Shown in pieces: positions 20,001-29,049 of a stretch of DNA of 64,000 bases. Under the pieces are notes generated by a model that saw nothing but the letters and a program-made list of their open reading frames with translations, did not search any database and was not told where the DNA came from. The position numbers were made by a program, and so were the translations under genes. How positions within the stretch are numbered: position 1 is the stretch's first letter; every line of letters begins with the position of its first letter. Origin of the DNA: an uncultured Candidatus Saccharibacteria bacterium (lineage in GTDB: Bacteria > Patescibacteriota > Saccharimonadia > Saccharimonadales > Saccharimonadaceae); assembly GCA_947428935.1 (NCBI GenBank), contig CANENS010000001.1, forward strand, positions 29,965-93,964, in the 5' to 3' direction.

Positions 20001-20621
20001 GTGGTCGGTGGAGTTTTTGCGCCAATCGTCCGGCACGGGGCGAGTGAGGATTTGGATCCAAAGCTCTTCCGAATTGTCGGGATTGAGCTTGGCCAAGGTG
20101 CCAGTAATGCCAGCCAAGGGGTCGACTTCGAAATTCTCGAAAGTTTTGATCGGCAAGGCTTCATTCTCGACTAGGCTGAGCTCCGTAGTATAAGTGACCG
20201 AATATTTTTCGCGATCATCGACGTAATCTTCGTCAATGCGGTATATTTGTACAGTGGGATATTGGGCGTAAATTTGCCCTTCTACGAAACTTTGCAGAAT
20301 TTTTGGTACCCAGACGTAGAAGCGAATTTGGCCACCGGTAGAAACAATCTCGAATGAAAGATGCTCTTGGATGCCGTCGGAATTCTTCAGCTCGCTCTTG
20401 TCGCGTAGGATACCGTGTAAACTAGCAAAAAGCTGCTCGGCAGCCAATTCCTTTTTATCGTTGGCGCGCGGGATTTCTAGCATCAAGAGCACTGAATCGA
20501 CATTAAGAATCTTGAGTCGATTGTTTTTCTTATAATTACGATAAGTCAGGAAAGCCAAAAATGCGACTAACGGCACCCAGAAAATAGGCTGCGAGATAAA
20601 ATGAATGATCTTTGTCAACAT
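17061..20621 (-). CDS. VirB4/VirD4-like (TraG-D/HerA-FtsK superfamily) ATPase with N-terminal TM and low-complexity tail
   Basis: Walker A GQTGAGKS, DPHGD, Walker B LYVDEFQNF, EARKYGLNLTVANQ. Confidence 0.85.
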   Translation of the reverse strand: MLTKIIHFISQPIFWVPLVAFLAFLTYRNYKKNNRLKILNVDSVLLMLEIPRANDKKELAAEQLFASLHGILRDKSELKNSDGIQEHLSFEIVSTGGQIRFYVWVPKILQSFVEGQIYAQYPTVQIYRIDEDYVDDREKYSVTYTTELSLVENEALPIKTFENFEVDPLAGITGTLAKLNPDNSEELWIQILTRPVPDDWRKNSTDHYIKRVKEGRGKSIFLGLDWSWLVEALGALFRPPTGGSEDEAKPELSELDKTRIAKAEEKAAKLGYEVKIRLAYLGNDQTNAKLNMQALVGTFKQYNSTSLNGFKLTKGSFDADALDHYKLRHFAERGFILNISELASVYHLPHTSVETPNIVWASSKTAEPPAKLPLITGDPANDDAISAFGLTNFRGINHQFGLYRRDRSRHVYIIGQTGAGKSGMLELFALSDTFHDQGYCIVDPHGDFAIDNLRFVPEGRIEDVVYFNPADVNYPVAFNPLELSDPARKPNVCSEVIGVLKRMFGDSWGPRLEHILRYTLLALLDRPETTLLDVSRLLTDKDFRKETLDYCQDVTVLQFWKHEFGQWNEKQVNESIAPVLNKVGAFTANPIIRNIIGQPKSSFDIRKIMDEGKILVVNLSKGLIGEDNAAILGAFIITKVQLAAMSRSDIAEVSDRRPFYLYVDEFQNFATDSFAVILSEARKYGLNLTVANQYTSQMTDSVRDAVFGNVGTTISFRVSADDAPILSKQFEPIFDQSDLIQLNNRHFVISMIINGEKAPAFSATTLSIPETPQDNFDKIVEYSRANFARPRSEIEAEIRETIEQSEKYKKELSDSGRNAGEQSTTTSSPSIGNKTEQKPNYKFVPTTPQTDFRKMKLSPNAAEGKNRLGLKDLGNLVAQKQAKKTPEPAPKAAENTPAVTPGQKPTTTEKPSGEPTTPEKTQPKQPLAKKPINTPRNTHVEPQKAAQRTRDEKPSHDPTPVQKTPKNPKNNEKSTLNDQKPKDKVKDKVKKEREKKGSKLEKTSKAKNPLSNNTAQAKVSLSIQTDEEDLGQKFNHTQPKPSGASIQQLQAAQNAAARFVGQVANPRLVATGKVALSAENFLQNHPQAVPESYTQGYEQSTYYDNNAYYNNDQYYNTSNNLQDPSAQYYQQAQNVYGDYQSQPQVYPYPNSPDSSYYNNDPQIYSEPPRELSDNAEISLHEQNPQN

Positions 20622-20681
20622 AACTTTAGCTTATCGCTCCAACTCTTATTAAAATGTTTTTCTTTTTGACGATAGAATGAA

Positions 20682-21713
20682 TTATTTAGCAAGGGTATAG
20701 GAATCCTTGTCGACCTTAGTGAACAATTGTTTATTCTGGAGGTTGAGCAGGACGGTGGTCTCCTTTACTTTGCGGGCGTGTAGGACGCGTTTGACGATTT
20801 CTTCACGGGTCAGTGGTTCGCCGGCTTTTTTCAGGATGTCAGTGATGATGTCGGCTACAGTTCCCTTTGCATAGCCCCAACTACTCAGGGCATAAATTCC
20901 GCGGCCGATCAATACAAAGCGCGAATCTTTAATCAGTTCGTTATGAATCGCTTGGACAGTGACGTTTTTGCGGCGGAAATTCGACTCAGAAATCGCCTTA
21001 GCAATCTCCGAAAAGTGCATCGGTTCCTTATGCGCTTCGAGCACTACAAAGATCTTGTCGCGAATATTGCGTGGGTTGACAGTCGGCCACTTAGCTAGGC
21101 CCCAAAGACCATTGAGCGATGCCAGTAATTTTGAAATAGACGCGATCGCTTTGATATGGTCAGGATGTTCATAATTCAGAGCATTGTCAAGCTGCTCAAT
21201 CGTCATCGGCTCGCCGTGATCCTTGATTACGGCTACAATTTCATCAGTCTTGGCATGGATGGTTTTGGCGTCGCCGTATTCCGCGATGCCGATGGCAGGG
21301 TAATACAAATCGTTTTCGTCGAGCGCAGTCAAACTCTTGGAAATCGAACCGATAAAAGTGAGCTTCGCGCGCTCCACCGGTGTGGCTTTGTGCCCATAAA
21401 TACGGTCAGCGAGGTCAGAAGTGCGTGCTACACGACCGAGCTCGGTTAAATTACGGATAATAAGCTTTTCGGCGGCTCCGAGCTCTGGAATTTGCTCCTC
21501 ATCGGCGCCAATGCGGAGGCGGACGAGAATAGCTTTTTCGAGCTGACGGACGCGTTCGCGTGTGATACTGAGCAATTCCCCGATCTGTTCAAGGGTTTCT
21601 TTCTGTCCGGAAATACCGAAACGCCGCGAGATAATCTCGCGTTCGCGGTCTTGCTCAATAATGCTTAAGCTGCCTTTGATTGCGTTTTCGATCGTACTGG
21701 CGTTCTGCTCCAT
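20682..21713 (-). CDS. Sigma70 region-4 HTH plus HARE-HTH (RNAP delta-like) protein typical of CPR
   Basis: RRFGI..ETLEQIG..LSITRERVRQLE and EPMHFSEIA..TVQAIHNELIKDSRFVLIGRGIYAL. Confidence 0.75.
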   Translation of the reverse strand: MEQNASTIENAIKGSLSIIEQDREREIISRRFGISGQKETLEQIGELLSITRERVRQLEKAILVRLRIGADEEQIPELGAAEKLIIRNLTELGRVARTSDLADRIYGHKATPVERAKLTFIGSISKSLTALDENDLYYPAIGIAEYGDAKTIHAKTDEIVAVIKDHGEPMTIEQLDNALNYEHPDHIKAIASISKLLASLNGLWGLAKWPTVNPRNIRDKIFVVLEAHKEPMHFSEIAKAISESNFRRKNVTVQAIHNELIKDSRFVLIGRGIYALSSWGYAKGTVADIITDILKKAGEPLTREEIVKRVLHARKVKETTVLLNLQNKQLFTKVDKDSYTLAK

Positions 21714-21902
21714 CAGGTTCCCTTCGTTTTTTATCCTTGTGTGGTATTTTATTAAAATAATATTGAATTTTTCTTATGATAGCATATTTGCATATACGTG
21801 TCAACAGTGAAATTCAATATTATGTTTATATGTTTTATTATATCACTTTTATTCGAATTTAGCGGAAAATATTTTACTATTTTTGAATTTGGTTATGTTT
21901 TT

Positions 21903-22021
21903 CCCGAACAAAACCCGAACAGCCCTCAAATAACCCTCGAATAGGGTCTGAACAAAGCCAAACGAAGTTTAAACAAACACTGAGGAATACTTGAATAGAC
22001 GCTGCAATATGCATCGAATAG
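21903..22021 (+). repeat. Degenerate 11-bp periodic direct-repeat array (RAAY-N7)
   Basis: GAAC/GAAT/AAAC at 21906, 21917, 21928, 21939, 21950, 21960, 21971, 21993, 22016. Confidence 0.55.
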
Positions 22022-22166
22022 ATGACAGACTGGCGCTATGTAGGAAACGAATTTTCGTTAAAAAATCGAACAAATATCTAGCAGTCTTCAAGTCTGGCTT
22101 GTAAAGTCTTCTTAATAAATGCTTCTCTTACCTATAGATCTCAAAAACACAGTAAATTACTCGAAA

Positions 22167-24617
22167 TTACTTTGATATCTGGCTTCTGGAGCGTCGAGAA
22201 GGGACTTTGGGAGTGGTTTTGGTAGTCTTGGCTTTGGCGCCCGTACTTTTGCTTTTGGTGCTTCCTGTAGCCTTAGGTGAGCTCTTAGAGCTGGTTTTAT
22301 TAGTCTTTTTGGCGGTTTTGCGCATGAAACGCCGTCCCTTGCCGCTAGATTTTTCATCCAGCATTTTTTGTGCTTCGGCAAGCGTGATCTTTTTTGGGTC
22401 TTGGTCTTTGGCGATCTTTACATTATTGAAACGCCCTGGGCCTTTTACGTAAGGTCCGTAAGCGCCATTAATAATCATGATATCACCCCAGTCGGCGATG
22501 ATGGTATCGAGCTTTTCTTGCAAGAGTTTTTCGGCGGTTTTGAAACTGACAGTGTAGGGGTCGTGATTTTTGAGTTGAATATTGTACTTTCCAGCCTTAA
22601 GATACGGCCCAAAAGGCCCGCTGGAGGCGATAATCACCAGGCCGTCTTTGGTTTTGCCGAGTTCACGGGGTAGAGCTGGCAGCTCGAGTTGTTTGATTGC
22701 TTCGGCGAGGGTGACGGTTTTTTCGGTTTTTCCCTGGGGCAAGGGGGCGAAGCGCGGTTTTTGACCAGAAGTTTTTTCGTTATCGCCAAGTTGAATGAAG
22801 CCGCCATTGCGTCCGACTTTAGCGTAAATCGGCATTCCAGATTTGGGATCTTTTCCCAGCTCGCGCGCGTTATTATAGCGGGCGGCGTCGTCGGATTTTA
22901 CCACCTCTTTGGAAAAAGGACCATAAAAATCGCGCAGCATTTTCACTCGTTCGAGTTTATGCTCGGCAATTTTATCGAGATCTTCTTCGATATTGGCCGT
23001 AAATTGATAGTCGATAATATTATTGAAATTGTCGATCAGAAAGCCAGCTAATAATTCCCCGATTGAGGTAGGGAGTAATTTGCCCTTGGTTGAGCCAGTT
23101 TTTTCGGTGGTAATTTCGCGCTTAACCTTGCCTTTTGCTAAAGTAATCTTGATTACTTCGCGTGGTTCGCCCTCTGATTCTCCTTTGACGACGTAACCAC
23201 GATTTTGGATTGCTGACATGATGGTGGCGTAAGTCGAAGGGCGCCCGATGCCGAGTTCCTCGAGTTTTTTGACCAGTGAGCCTTCGGTATAGCGCGCCGG
23301 AGGTTTAGCAAAACTTTGTTTGGCGGTGATACTCTCGGCTTTTAGTTGGTCGCCAGTCTCGAGTGGCGGCAGTTCATCTTCTTTCATGCGTCCAGTTACC
23401 TTCAAAAACCCGTCAAAAACGATTACTTCCCCTTTAGCTTCAAAAGTATAGTCCAGCGCAGCTTTGCTGAGCTCCAGCTCGGCTTGCGACTCCTTGGAAA
23501 CCTGAATTTTGACAGTAGTTTTGGCGGTTTTGGCATCGGCCATTTGGGTTGCCAAAGTACGATTCCGGATCAATTTATATAGTTTGCGTTCAAAATCGTT
23601 CTTCCCGGCGGTTTCCTGCTCGATATGGGTGGGTCGGATCGCTTCGTGTGCCTCTTGCGCGCCGGCAGATTTGGTTTTAAAATTGCGCACTTTGAGGTAT
23701 TCTTTGCCATAATTATTTTCGATGTAGCTAGCGGTCTGCGCGATGGCCTGCTTGGAGAGATTGAGGCTATCAGTACGGTGATAAGTAATCAAACCGGCTT
23801 GATAGAGGGCCTGAGCGGCTTGCATAGTGGTACGCGAAGAAAAACCGAGCTTTGAGTTGGCTTCGATTTGCATAGAAGCGGTGGTGAAAGGCGGACTGGG
23901 GCGGCGGACACCATCGCTTTTTATAACATCTGTTATAATATACTTCTTTGCCTTAGCGAGTTGCTCTAGGTATTCGGTCACTTTCTTTTCGGAGTCAAAA
24001 CTATGATTCAGCGTGCCCGCGATCAGCTCGTCCTTTTCTTTATAAAAATTACCAGTCACCTTAAAAGTCGATTTACTGGCAAATTTCTCGATTTCCTGTT
24101 CCCTTTCCACGATCAAGCGGAGCGCCGGGCTCTGGACACGTCCTGCCGAAATCGCGCCGGGAACTTTGCGTCGCACGACGCCCGAGAGATCATAACCGAC
24201 TAGCATATCGAGGGTTTGGCGCGCTTGTTGCGAATGTACCATATCCATGTCGACTTTGCGCGGATTTTTAATCGCGGCTTCGAGCGCTGGCTTAGTAATT
24301 TCGTGAAAAGTGATGCGACTAGTGTTTTTGGGCAATTTCAGTACTTCCATAAGATGCCAAGAAATGGCTTCGCCTTCGCGGTCTTCGTCAGTCGCCAGCC
24401 AGACGGTGTCGGCGGCTTTGGCAGCGCGTTTGAGCTCGTTGATGATTTTGGTATGATCAGGGTCAATTTCGTAAGTGACATCGAAAGTCTCTTTGTCAAC
24501 ATGGGTATCTTTGCGAATATGCCCGACCGAGGCCAGGACATGAAAATCTTTGCCCAGATACTTCTCAATCGTATGGGCTTTGGCAGGAGACTCGACAATC
24601 ACTAAATTTTTCGGCAT
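22167..24617 (-). CDS. topA: DNA topoisomerase I
   Basis: LVIVESPAKA, ATDEDREGE, AGRVQSPAL, ITYHRTD, GIGRPSTYA; lysine-rich C-terminal tail. Confidence 0.97.
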   Translation of the reverse strand: MPKNLVIVESPAKAHTIEKYLGKDFHVLASVGHIRKDTHVDKETFDVTYEIDPDHTKIINELKRAAKAADTVWLATDEDREGEAISWHLMEVLKLPKNTSRITFHEITKPALEAAIKNPRKVDMDMVHSQQARQTLDMLVGYDLSGVVRRKVPGAISAGRVQSPALRLIVEREQEIEKFASKSTFKVTGNFYKEKDELIAGTLNHSFDSEKKVTEYLEQLAKAKKYIITDVIKSDGVRRPSPPFTTASMQIEANSKLGFSSRTTMQAAQALYQAGLITYHRTDSLNLSKQAIAQTASYIENNYGKEYLKVRNFKTKSAGAQEAHEAIRPTHIEQETAGKNDFERKLYKLIRNRTLATQMADAKTAKTTVKIQVSKESQAELELSKAALDYTFEAKGEVIVFDGFLKVTGRMKEDELPPLETGDQLKAESITAKQSFAKPPARYTEGSLVKKLEELGIGRPSTYATIMSAIQNRGYVVKGESEGEPREVIKITLAKGKVKREITTEKTGSTKGKLLPTSIGELLAGFLIDNFNNIIDYQFTANIEEDLDKIAEHKLERVKMLRDFYGPFSKEVVKSDDAARYNNARELGKDPKSGMPIYAKVGRNGGFIQLGDNEKTSGQKPRFAPLPQGKTEKTVTLAEAIKQLELPALPRELGKTKDGLVIIASSGPFGPYLKAGKYNIQLKNHDPYTVSFKTAEKLLQEKLDTIIADWGDIMIINGAYGPYVKGPGRFNNVKIAKDQDPKKITLAEAQKMLDEKSSGKGRRFMRKTAKKTNKTSSKSSPKATGSTKSKSTGAKAKTTKTTPKVPSRRSRSQISK

Positions 24618-24667
24618 ATATTATTCATCATACTGGGTTGTAGTAATCGCGTCAACTAGAAAAATAG

Positions 24668-24688
24668 TCCCAACCAGAGGTTGGGACG
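24668..24688 (-). terminator. Intrinsic terminator GTCCCAACC-aga-GGTTGGGAC
   Basis: 9-bp perfect stem with T-run on the minus strand; same stem recurs at 54668. Confidence 0.75.
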
Positions 24689-24744
24689 GAAGATGAAAAA
24701 ATGCACCGACAATCTGCCAGTGCATTTCAATGTACGAAACTTAG

Positions 24745-25437
24745 TTAGATCATATTGCTAATTAGTGGCAAATTATCGTGAATTTCCAGAAAAGTCTTCC
24801 GACCAAAGGAGTATTGATAGTCGATACGACTTGGCTCTTTTTCATAATAGTCTGGAAAAATCATTTTTGCCAACATCCTAGCGAAGCGATTTTTTGGTGC
24901 AGGATGCGTTATGGTGTGTGTTTCACTGTACCAAAGTTCATAATGACGGTTCTTGTCGCCGCTCCGATGTATTATGCTGTGAAATTCGCCACTAAAACAG
25001 CGACTGACATTGATACTAAAGGTTTCAAATTGGCAATCCTCTTCGTCACTGACTGGAACATCGATGACGATGCGAAACTCATGTTCGCGGATTCCTGCCA
25101 AATGCCAATCATCGTCTTTATTGACATACTGTAGCTCAACGCGATCAGGGTGTACTCGAAATCCTGACAGTTTCCATGTTGGGTCTGAGCCGTGGACGAT
25201 TTGTGAGAGGTTTGCTTGAAAAGCGTCCTCTTTAGCTTTCCCGTCTTCATCATAGCTTAATCTGACTATTCTCGCGTAATTCAACGGATCATCGTTGCTC
25301 TCATGTTTCATGCAGGCGGAAGTAATTTTTAAGGTTGGCAATTCAAAATCAGGGTCATTATAGTAGTAGTTCAGTCCTCCTGCAATACTGAAGCCAATCC
25401 AGCTATTTAATTCAATTCTGCCACTGATAGATAACAT
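24745..25437 (-). CDS. Orphan hypothetical protein (230 aa)
   Basis: Own promoter (25481-25509), GAAAGGAAGG RBS and terminator. Confidence 0.7.
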   Translation of the reverse strand: MLSISGRIELNSWIGFSIAGGLNYYYNDPDFELPTLKITSACMKHESNDDPLNYARIVRLSYDEDGKAKEDAFQANLSQIVHGSDPTWKLSGFRVHPDRVELQYVNKDDDWHLAGIREHEFRIVIDVPVSDEEDCQFETFSINVSRCFSGEFHSIIHRSGDKNRHYELWYSETHTITHPAPKNRFARMLAKMIFPDYYEKEPSRIDYQYSFGRKTFLEIHDNLPLISNMI

Positions 25438-25622
25438 TTCTACCTTCCTTTCCGTAACATTTTAAGGTACTTATACTTCAATTATAGCACACTTTGTTCA
25501 AAAAGTCAATAGTTTTTTGATGAATTAGCTTAAATTACGGGATTGCAAGATTGATAATAAGGTCGAGGTTTGTAGCGAGAACCTTGAAAAAGGCCGACTT
25601 TCGCAGTCGACCTTTGGAAAAA

Positions 25623-26108
25623 CTACTGAGGCAGAGTGTCTATGCCTTCGCTGCGCCAATAGTAGATGTTGCCGTAGCGATCTTGAATGATCAGCTCTGG
25701 ATCTTCTTGCTCGAGATTCGCGGCGAAATAGATCAGGTTGAGGTAATCGCGCGTCCGATCATTATCTTTTCGGGGGCTTTTGTCAATGCTAAAACTCAGC
25801 TCGATCATTGCGCAAGCGCGAGTTTTTTCATGCCAATGATCGTCGAAGTACCCCTGATGCGGACCGTGCACGAGCGGTATCTGCTCTTTTGCGTCATTGA
25901 TGCCTTGCCAAGCGCGTTCGAGCGCAATTTTTTCGATTTCGAGCTCTGGATCAAAGGCAATTGGTATTTTTTTGTAACGCTCTGCCCTGTCGGCGCCAGG
26001 TTGATACTCGCTCACCGTGGTATTCTCTAGGATTTTGCGCAACTTTTCCAGCGCTGAGTCAAGAGAAGCCTGTTCGATTTCCTTGTTAAGGTTGTTTTGA
26101 TTGTTCAT
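25623..26108 (-). CDS. Orphan hypothetical protein
   Basis: AAAGGGGG RBS before ATG 26108; promoter in module 26230-26336; hairpin terminator near 25590-25612. Confidence 0.7.
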   Translation of the reverse strand: MNNQNNLNKEIEQASLDSALEKLRKILENTTVSEYQPGADRAERYKKIPIAFDPELEIEKIALERAWQGINDAKEQIPLVHGPHQGYFDDHWHEKTRACAMIELSFSIDKSPRKDNDRTRDYLNLIYFAANLEQEDPELIIQDRYGNIYYWRSEGIDTLPQ

Positions 26109-26229
26109 ATTTAATCCCCCTTTGTCAAAAGACACTCTTGGTCGGTTGAAAAACGATTTCCTGCCTCTTAAAGTGCTTGTCTTCTAGTAACATTGAATTT
26201 GCCTATTCTTGAAATAGGCCTATCTTTCT

Positions 26230-26336
26230 ATTATAGAACACATTGTCTAAAAATCAAGGTTTTGTATAAATAATTTGTTCAATTTTAGGTATATTTGTGA
26301 AAATTGTTGTAAAATCAACAATAAAAGCCTTGACAA
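26230..26336. promoter_or_regulatory. Divergent promoter module copy A
   Basis: Leftward -10/-35, AATTTGTTCAATTTT box, TTGTTG..CAACAA inverted repeat, rightward TTGACA; 4 copies in the window. Confidence 0.7.
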
Positions 26337-26391
26337 AGGCCAACTTGTCGAAAAAAACTGGCCTGCCCTAGAGGGGCAGGCCAGAATCGTC

Positions 26392-27018
26392 TTATACGCC
26401 TTTTTCAACGGCCTTGACGAAGCCGCTGGAGTCGAAGCTTCTGTGGCTTTCTTGGGCGTAATGCGCCCATTGATACAGAAACTCTGGGTGACTACGCAAA
26501 TACTCGTGTTCATCCTGACGTATCACTTCAGGCCGCTCAATTGACACTTCTGTTACGCCACTAAGTTGGTTGTCTTCCCTGATGTGGAAAGGCGTGTCGG
26601 TTTTGATAACGATGCTCTGAACGCTATAATTATACTCATCGATCACGCGCCCGGCTAACAGCGTTCCTATTCTGCCAGCGAACAGACGGGCAGGGTCCGT
26701 GACTATGTAATATGGGTAATATGGTGAAAGATAAAAAACTATTTCGCTCCCAATTGCGAAATGCCCTTTCGGCCGTAAGTCGCAGAGAAGTGGTTTTTTC
26801 TCCGCTGGATCGATCATCTTCGCGAGTACCACCATTGTGTCAGTAGCTGTCTGGTTTTTCGCAACTTGTCCGGACAATAGATACCGCATGCACAGTTCTT
26901 TGAGTCCTTTCGGTTCAGCGCATCTGTGGTTTTCTGCGTCTAATCTGCGTTGCATCCAATACCGGTAAACCTTGCTAACGTTATTGTACCCCAAGGAAAT
27001 CAATTCTTCAGTCGGCAT
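26392..27018 (-). CDS. Orphan hypothetical protein; 5' end possibly frameshifted
   Basis: Open frame to 27063; RBS-backed ATG at 27073 is out of frame and stops after 17 codons, 2 nt before ATG 27018. Confidence 0.6.
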   Translation of the reverse strand: MPTEELISLGYNNVSKVYRYWMQRRLDAENHRCAEPKGLKELCMRYLLSGQVAKNQTATDTMVVLAKMIDPAEKKPLLCDLRPKGHFAIGSEIVFYLSPYYPYYIVTDPARLFAGRIGTLLAGRVIDEYNYSVQSIVIKTDTPFHIREDNQLSGVTEVSIERPEVIRQDEHEYLRSHPEFLYQWAHYAQESHRSFDSSGFVKAVEKGV

Positions 27019-27192
27019 TTTACAGATTTTCTTTTTTATTGATTGTTCTTGGCACCTTGACAACTTTTAACATAATATTTCCCCCTTTTGTTAAAATTTG
27101 AAGACGATTTTAATTTTCGATGCGGCAAAAAAACGCCACATTGTCTTTATATTGGCATAGATTGTGGTTCTTGCCAAGATTATTTTTGCTTT

Positions 27193-27394
27193 ATTATTAC
27201 AGTCTAGCTAGGCAGCGGAGGGGGAAGGCGTCCCAGCGATTATCGTTGTTAGACGGGTAGATGCCAGACGCATCGAAGGCGAGGTAGTATGCAGAACGAA
27301 CACCAGAAGAATTAGCTAGGGACGACCATCCGTAGCCGCTGATGCCAGAGACCCTCAAACGACCGTAATTAATATTGACGTACCCGCTGCGAAC
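27193..27394 (-). repeat. Orphan DGR-VR-like cassette 6 (intact, type A end)
   Basis: VRSGYVNINYGRLRVSGISGYGWSSLANSSGVRSAYYLAFDASGIYPSNNDNRWDAFPLRCLARL*; no start codon or RBS. Confidence 0.9.
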
Positions 27395-27486
27395 ACAAAT
27401 GGTTCTGAACGATAAGGTTTAAATGTCTCGAGGCTGTCAGATACCGAAAAATCTTAAAAATGGTATTAACGTTTTTTCAAAACGCC

Positions 27487-27802
27487 AAAAAGCCCCAGAA
27501 TTTCTAGGTAAGGGTGGGCATCACCTATACTCTTCTGAGGCTATTTGGCCCTATAACGCATCGTCGTTCGACTCCGGAGGTCCGGAAGCGCGACCCACCT
27601 CACACAGCTTGGGGCCCGCCGGTTATAGGGGTTGCTATGCTCTCGAAGCGACCCTAAAAGTGGAGGTAGTACTTATAATCTATGACCTTAGAGAAATCAT
27701 AGACCTTAGGGGTTTCAAAAGCACGCAACTTCTGATACTCTAATGAGTAACCAGAAATTTGTTGATTATTTAGGTGCAGTTGGAGTTAATTAACTCTAAC
27801 TA
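27487..27802 (-). ncRNA. Candidate ~315-nt structured ncRNA of unknown family
   Basis: Perfect TTGACA-17-TATAAT promoter (27809-27837), several hairpins, terminator-like end, no minus-strand ORF of 60 aa or more. Confidence 0.45.
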
Positions 27803-27830
27803 ATAAGCATTATAGCACACGGAGTATTAT

Positions 27831-28727
27831 ATGTCAACACTTTTTTCACACTTTTTTTCAAAAAACAACGAAATTCGACCCCAAAAGGCTGATTTTACAG
27901 AGGTGTTGAGCACTATTGCGGTTATGCCTAAAATGTTGTATTTTTACGGAAAAATGCCCCAAAATCGGCCAAAATCGGTCGCGATTGTGGGCACCAGAAA
28001 GCCTACTAAATATGGCTCGGAAATCGCTTATGATTTGGCCTATAAAGCCGCTAAACGTGGCGCGGTGGTGATCTCGGGACTCGCTTATGGTATTGACTCG
28101 ATTGCGCATCGCGGAGCTTTGGCGGCGGGTGGGGTAACGGTGGCAGTGCTGGGAACGCCGATTGACCAAATTTATCCGCGCGAGCACGAAGGTTTGGCGC
28201 AGGAGATCGTCGAAAAAGGCGGTATGGTGATGAGTGAATTGCCTCGAGGAGCGAAATATTATGCAAAAACTTGCTTTTTGCAGCGGAATCGGCTGATTTC
28301 GGGTTTGGCGGACGTGGTGGTGATCGTGGAGGCGGCGGAACGAAGTGGTTCGCTCAACACTGCGATGCATGCGTTGGAACAGGGGCGAGAGCTTTTTGCG
28401 GTGCCGGGCGATATTACAAGGGTGAATTCCAGAGGTTGTAATCGCCTGTTGGCTCAGGGCGCTGGGATTTATACTGAGCCAGAAGATGTGTTGGACTTGC
28501 TTTTTCCGCCGACTGAGGTGGCTCAGAGAGAGCAAAAGCGGCTGCTTTTTGGCGATAATTCGGGAGAAACTGCGATTTTGCGGGCGATTGCGGCCGGCGA
28601 GCGTGATGGCGAAAAACTGGCTGAAGCGGCACGGATGGAAGCAAGAATTTTTAATCAGAACATAACTATGCTAGAAATCAAGGGGCGAGTACGGGCTTTG
28701 GGTGCTAATCGTTGGTGTTTAGCATAA
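27831..28727 (+). CDS. dprA: DNA-processing protein DprA
   Basis: VAIVGTRKPT, ISGLAYGID, AVLGTPID, RNRLISGL, SGSLNTA; C-terminal winged helix. Confidence 0.95.
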   Translation: MSTLFSHFFSKNNEIRPQKADFTEVLSTIAVMPKMLYFYGKMPQNRPKSVAIVGTRKPTKYGSEIAYDLAYKAAKRGAVVISGLAYGIDSIAHRGALAAGGVTVAVLGTPIDQIYPREHEGLAQEIVEKGGMVMSELPRGAKYYAKTCFLQRNRLISGLADVVVIVEAAERSGSLNTAMHALEQGRELFAVPGDITRVNSRGCNRLLAQGAGIYTEPEDVLDLLFPPTEVAQREQKRLLFGDNSGETAILRAIAAGERDGEKLAEAARMEARIFNQNITMLEIKGRVRALGANRWCLA

Positions 28728-28819
28728 AAACTACAATAATGACCCTCATCGTGATTTCTTTCGTTTAAGACCACTATGACAAAACTTATGTCTAAAGATT
28801 AACTTAATCAAGCAATATG

Positions 28820-29017
28820 TACTGTCTATACTCGAGCAGCGGAGGGGGAAGCCGTACCAACGAGCATCGCTGTGCGATGGGTATATCCCGGCACCATAAG
28901 TACGGAAGTAATAGGCGATCGCCCTGTTAGTGCCATGAGACGTTGACGACCATATATCTGTGTTGATGCCAGGGCGCCCCAAACGACCGCCACCGACACT
29001 AACGTACCCGCTGCGAA
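28820..29017 (-). repeat. Orphan DGR-VR-like cassette 7 (intact, type B end)
   Basis: IRSGYVSVGGGRLGRPGINTDIWSSTSHGTNRAIAYYFRTYGAGIYPSHSDARWYGFPLRCSSID; begins just after a terminator. Confidence 0.9.
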
Positions 29018-29023
29018 TCGATG

Positions 29024-29049
29024 AAAAAGCTCCGGCCAGAGGCCGGAGC
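29024..29049 (-). terminator. Intrinsic terminator GCTCCGGCC-N3-GGCCGGAGC-TTTTT
   Basis: 9-bp perfect GC stem followed by T5 on the minus strand. Confidence 0.8.

Noticed and set aside
17061-20621. Conjugative element around the VirB4-like ATPase
   Set aside because: No relaxase, integrase or other T4SS genes nearby; flanked by core genes, as is usual for this CPR family
27565-27600. SRP RNA or tRNA/tmRNA-like motifs (GTTCGACTCC, AGGTCCGGAAG)
   Set aside because: No GGAAGCAGC or pairing T-stem, and the promoter points to the opposite strand
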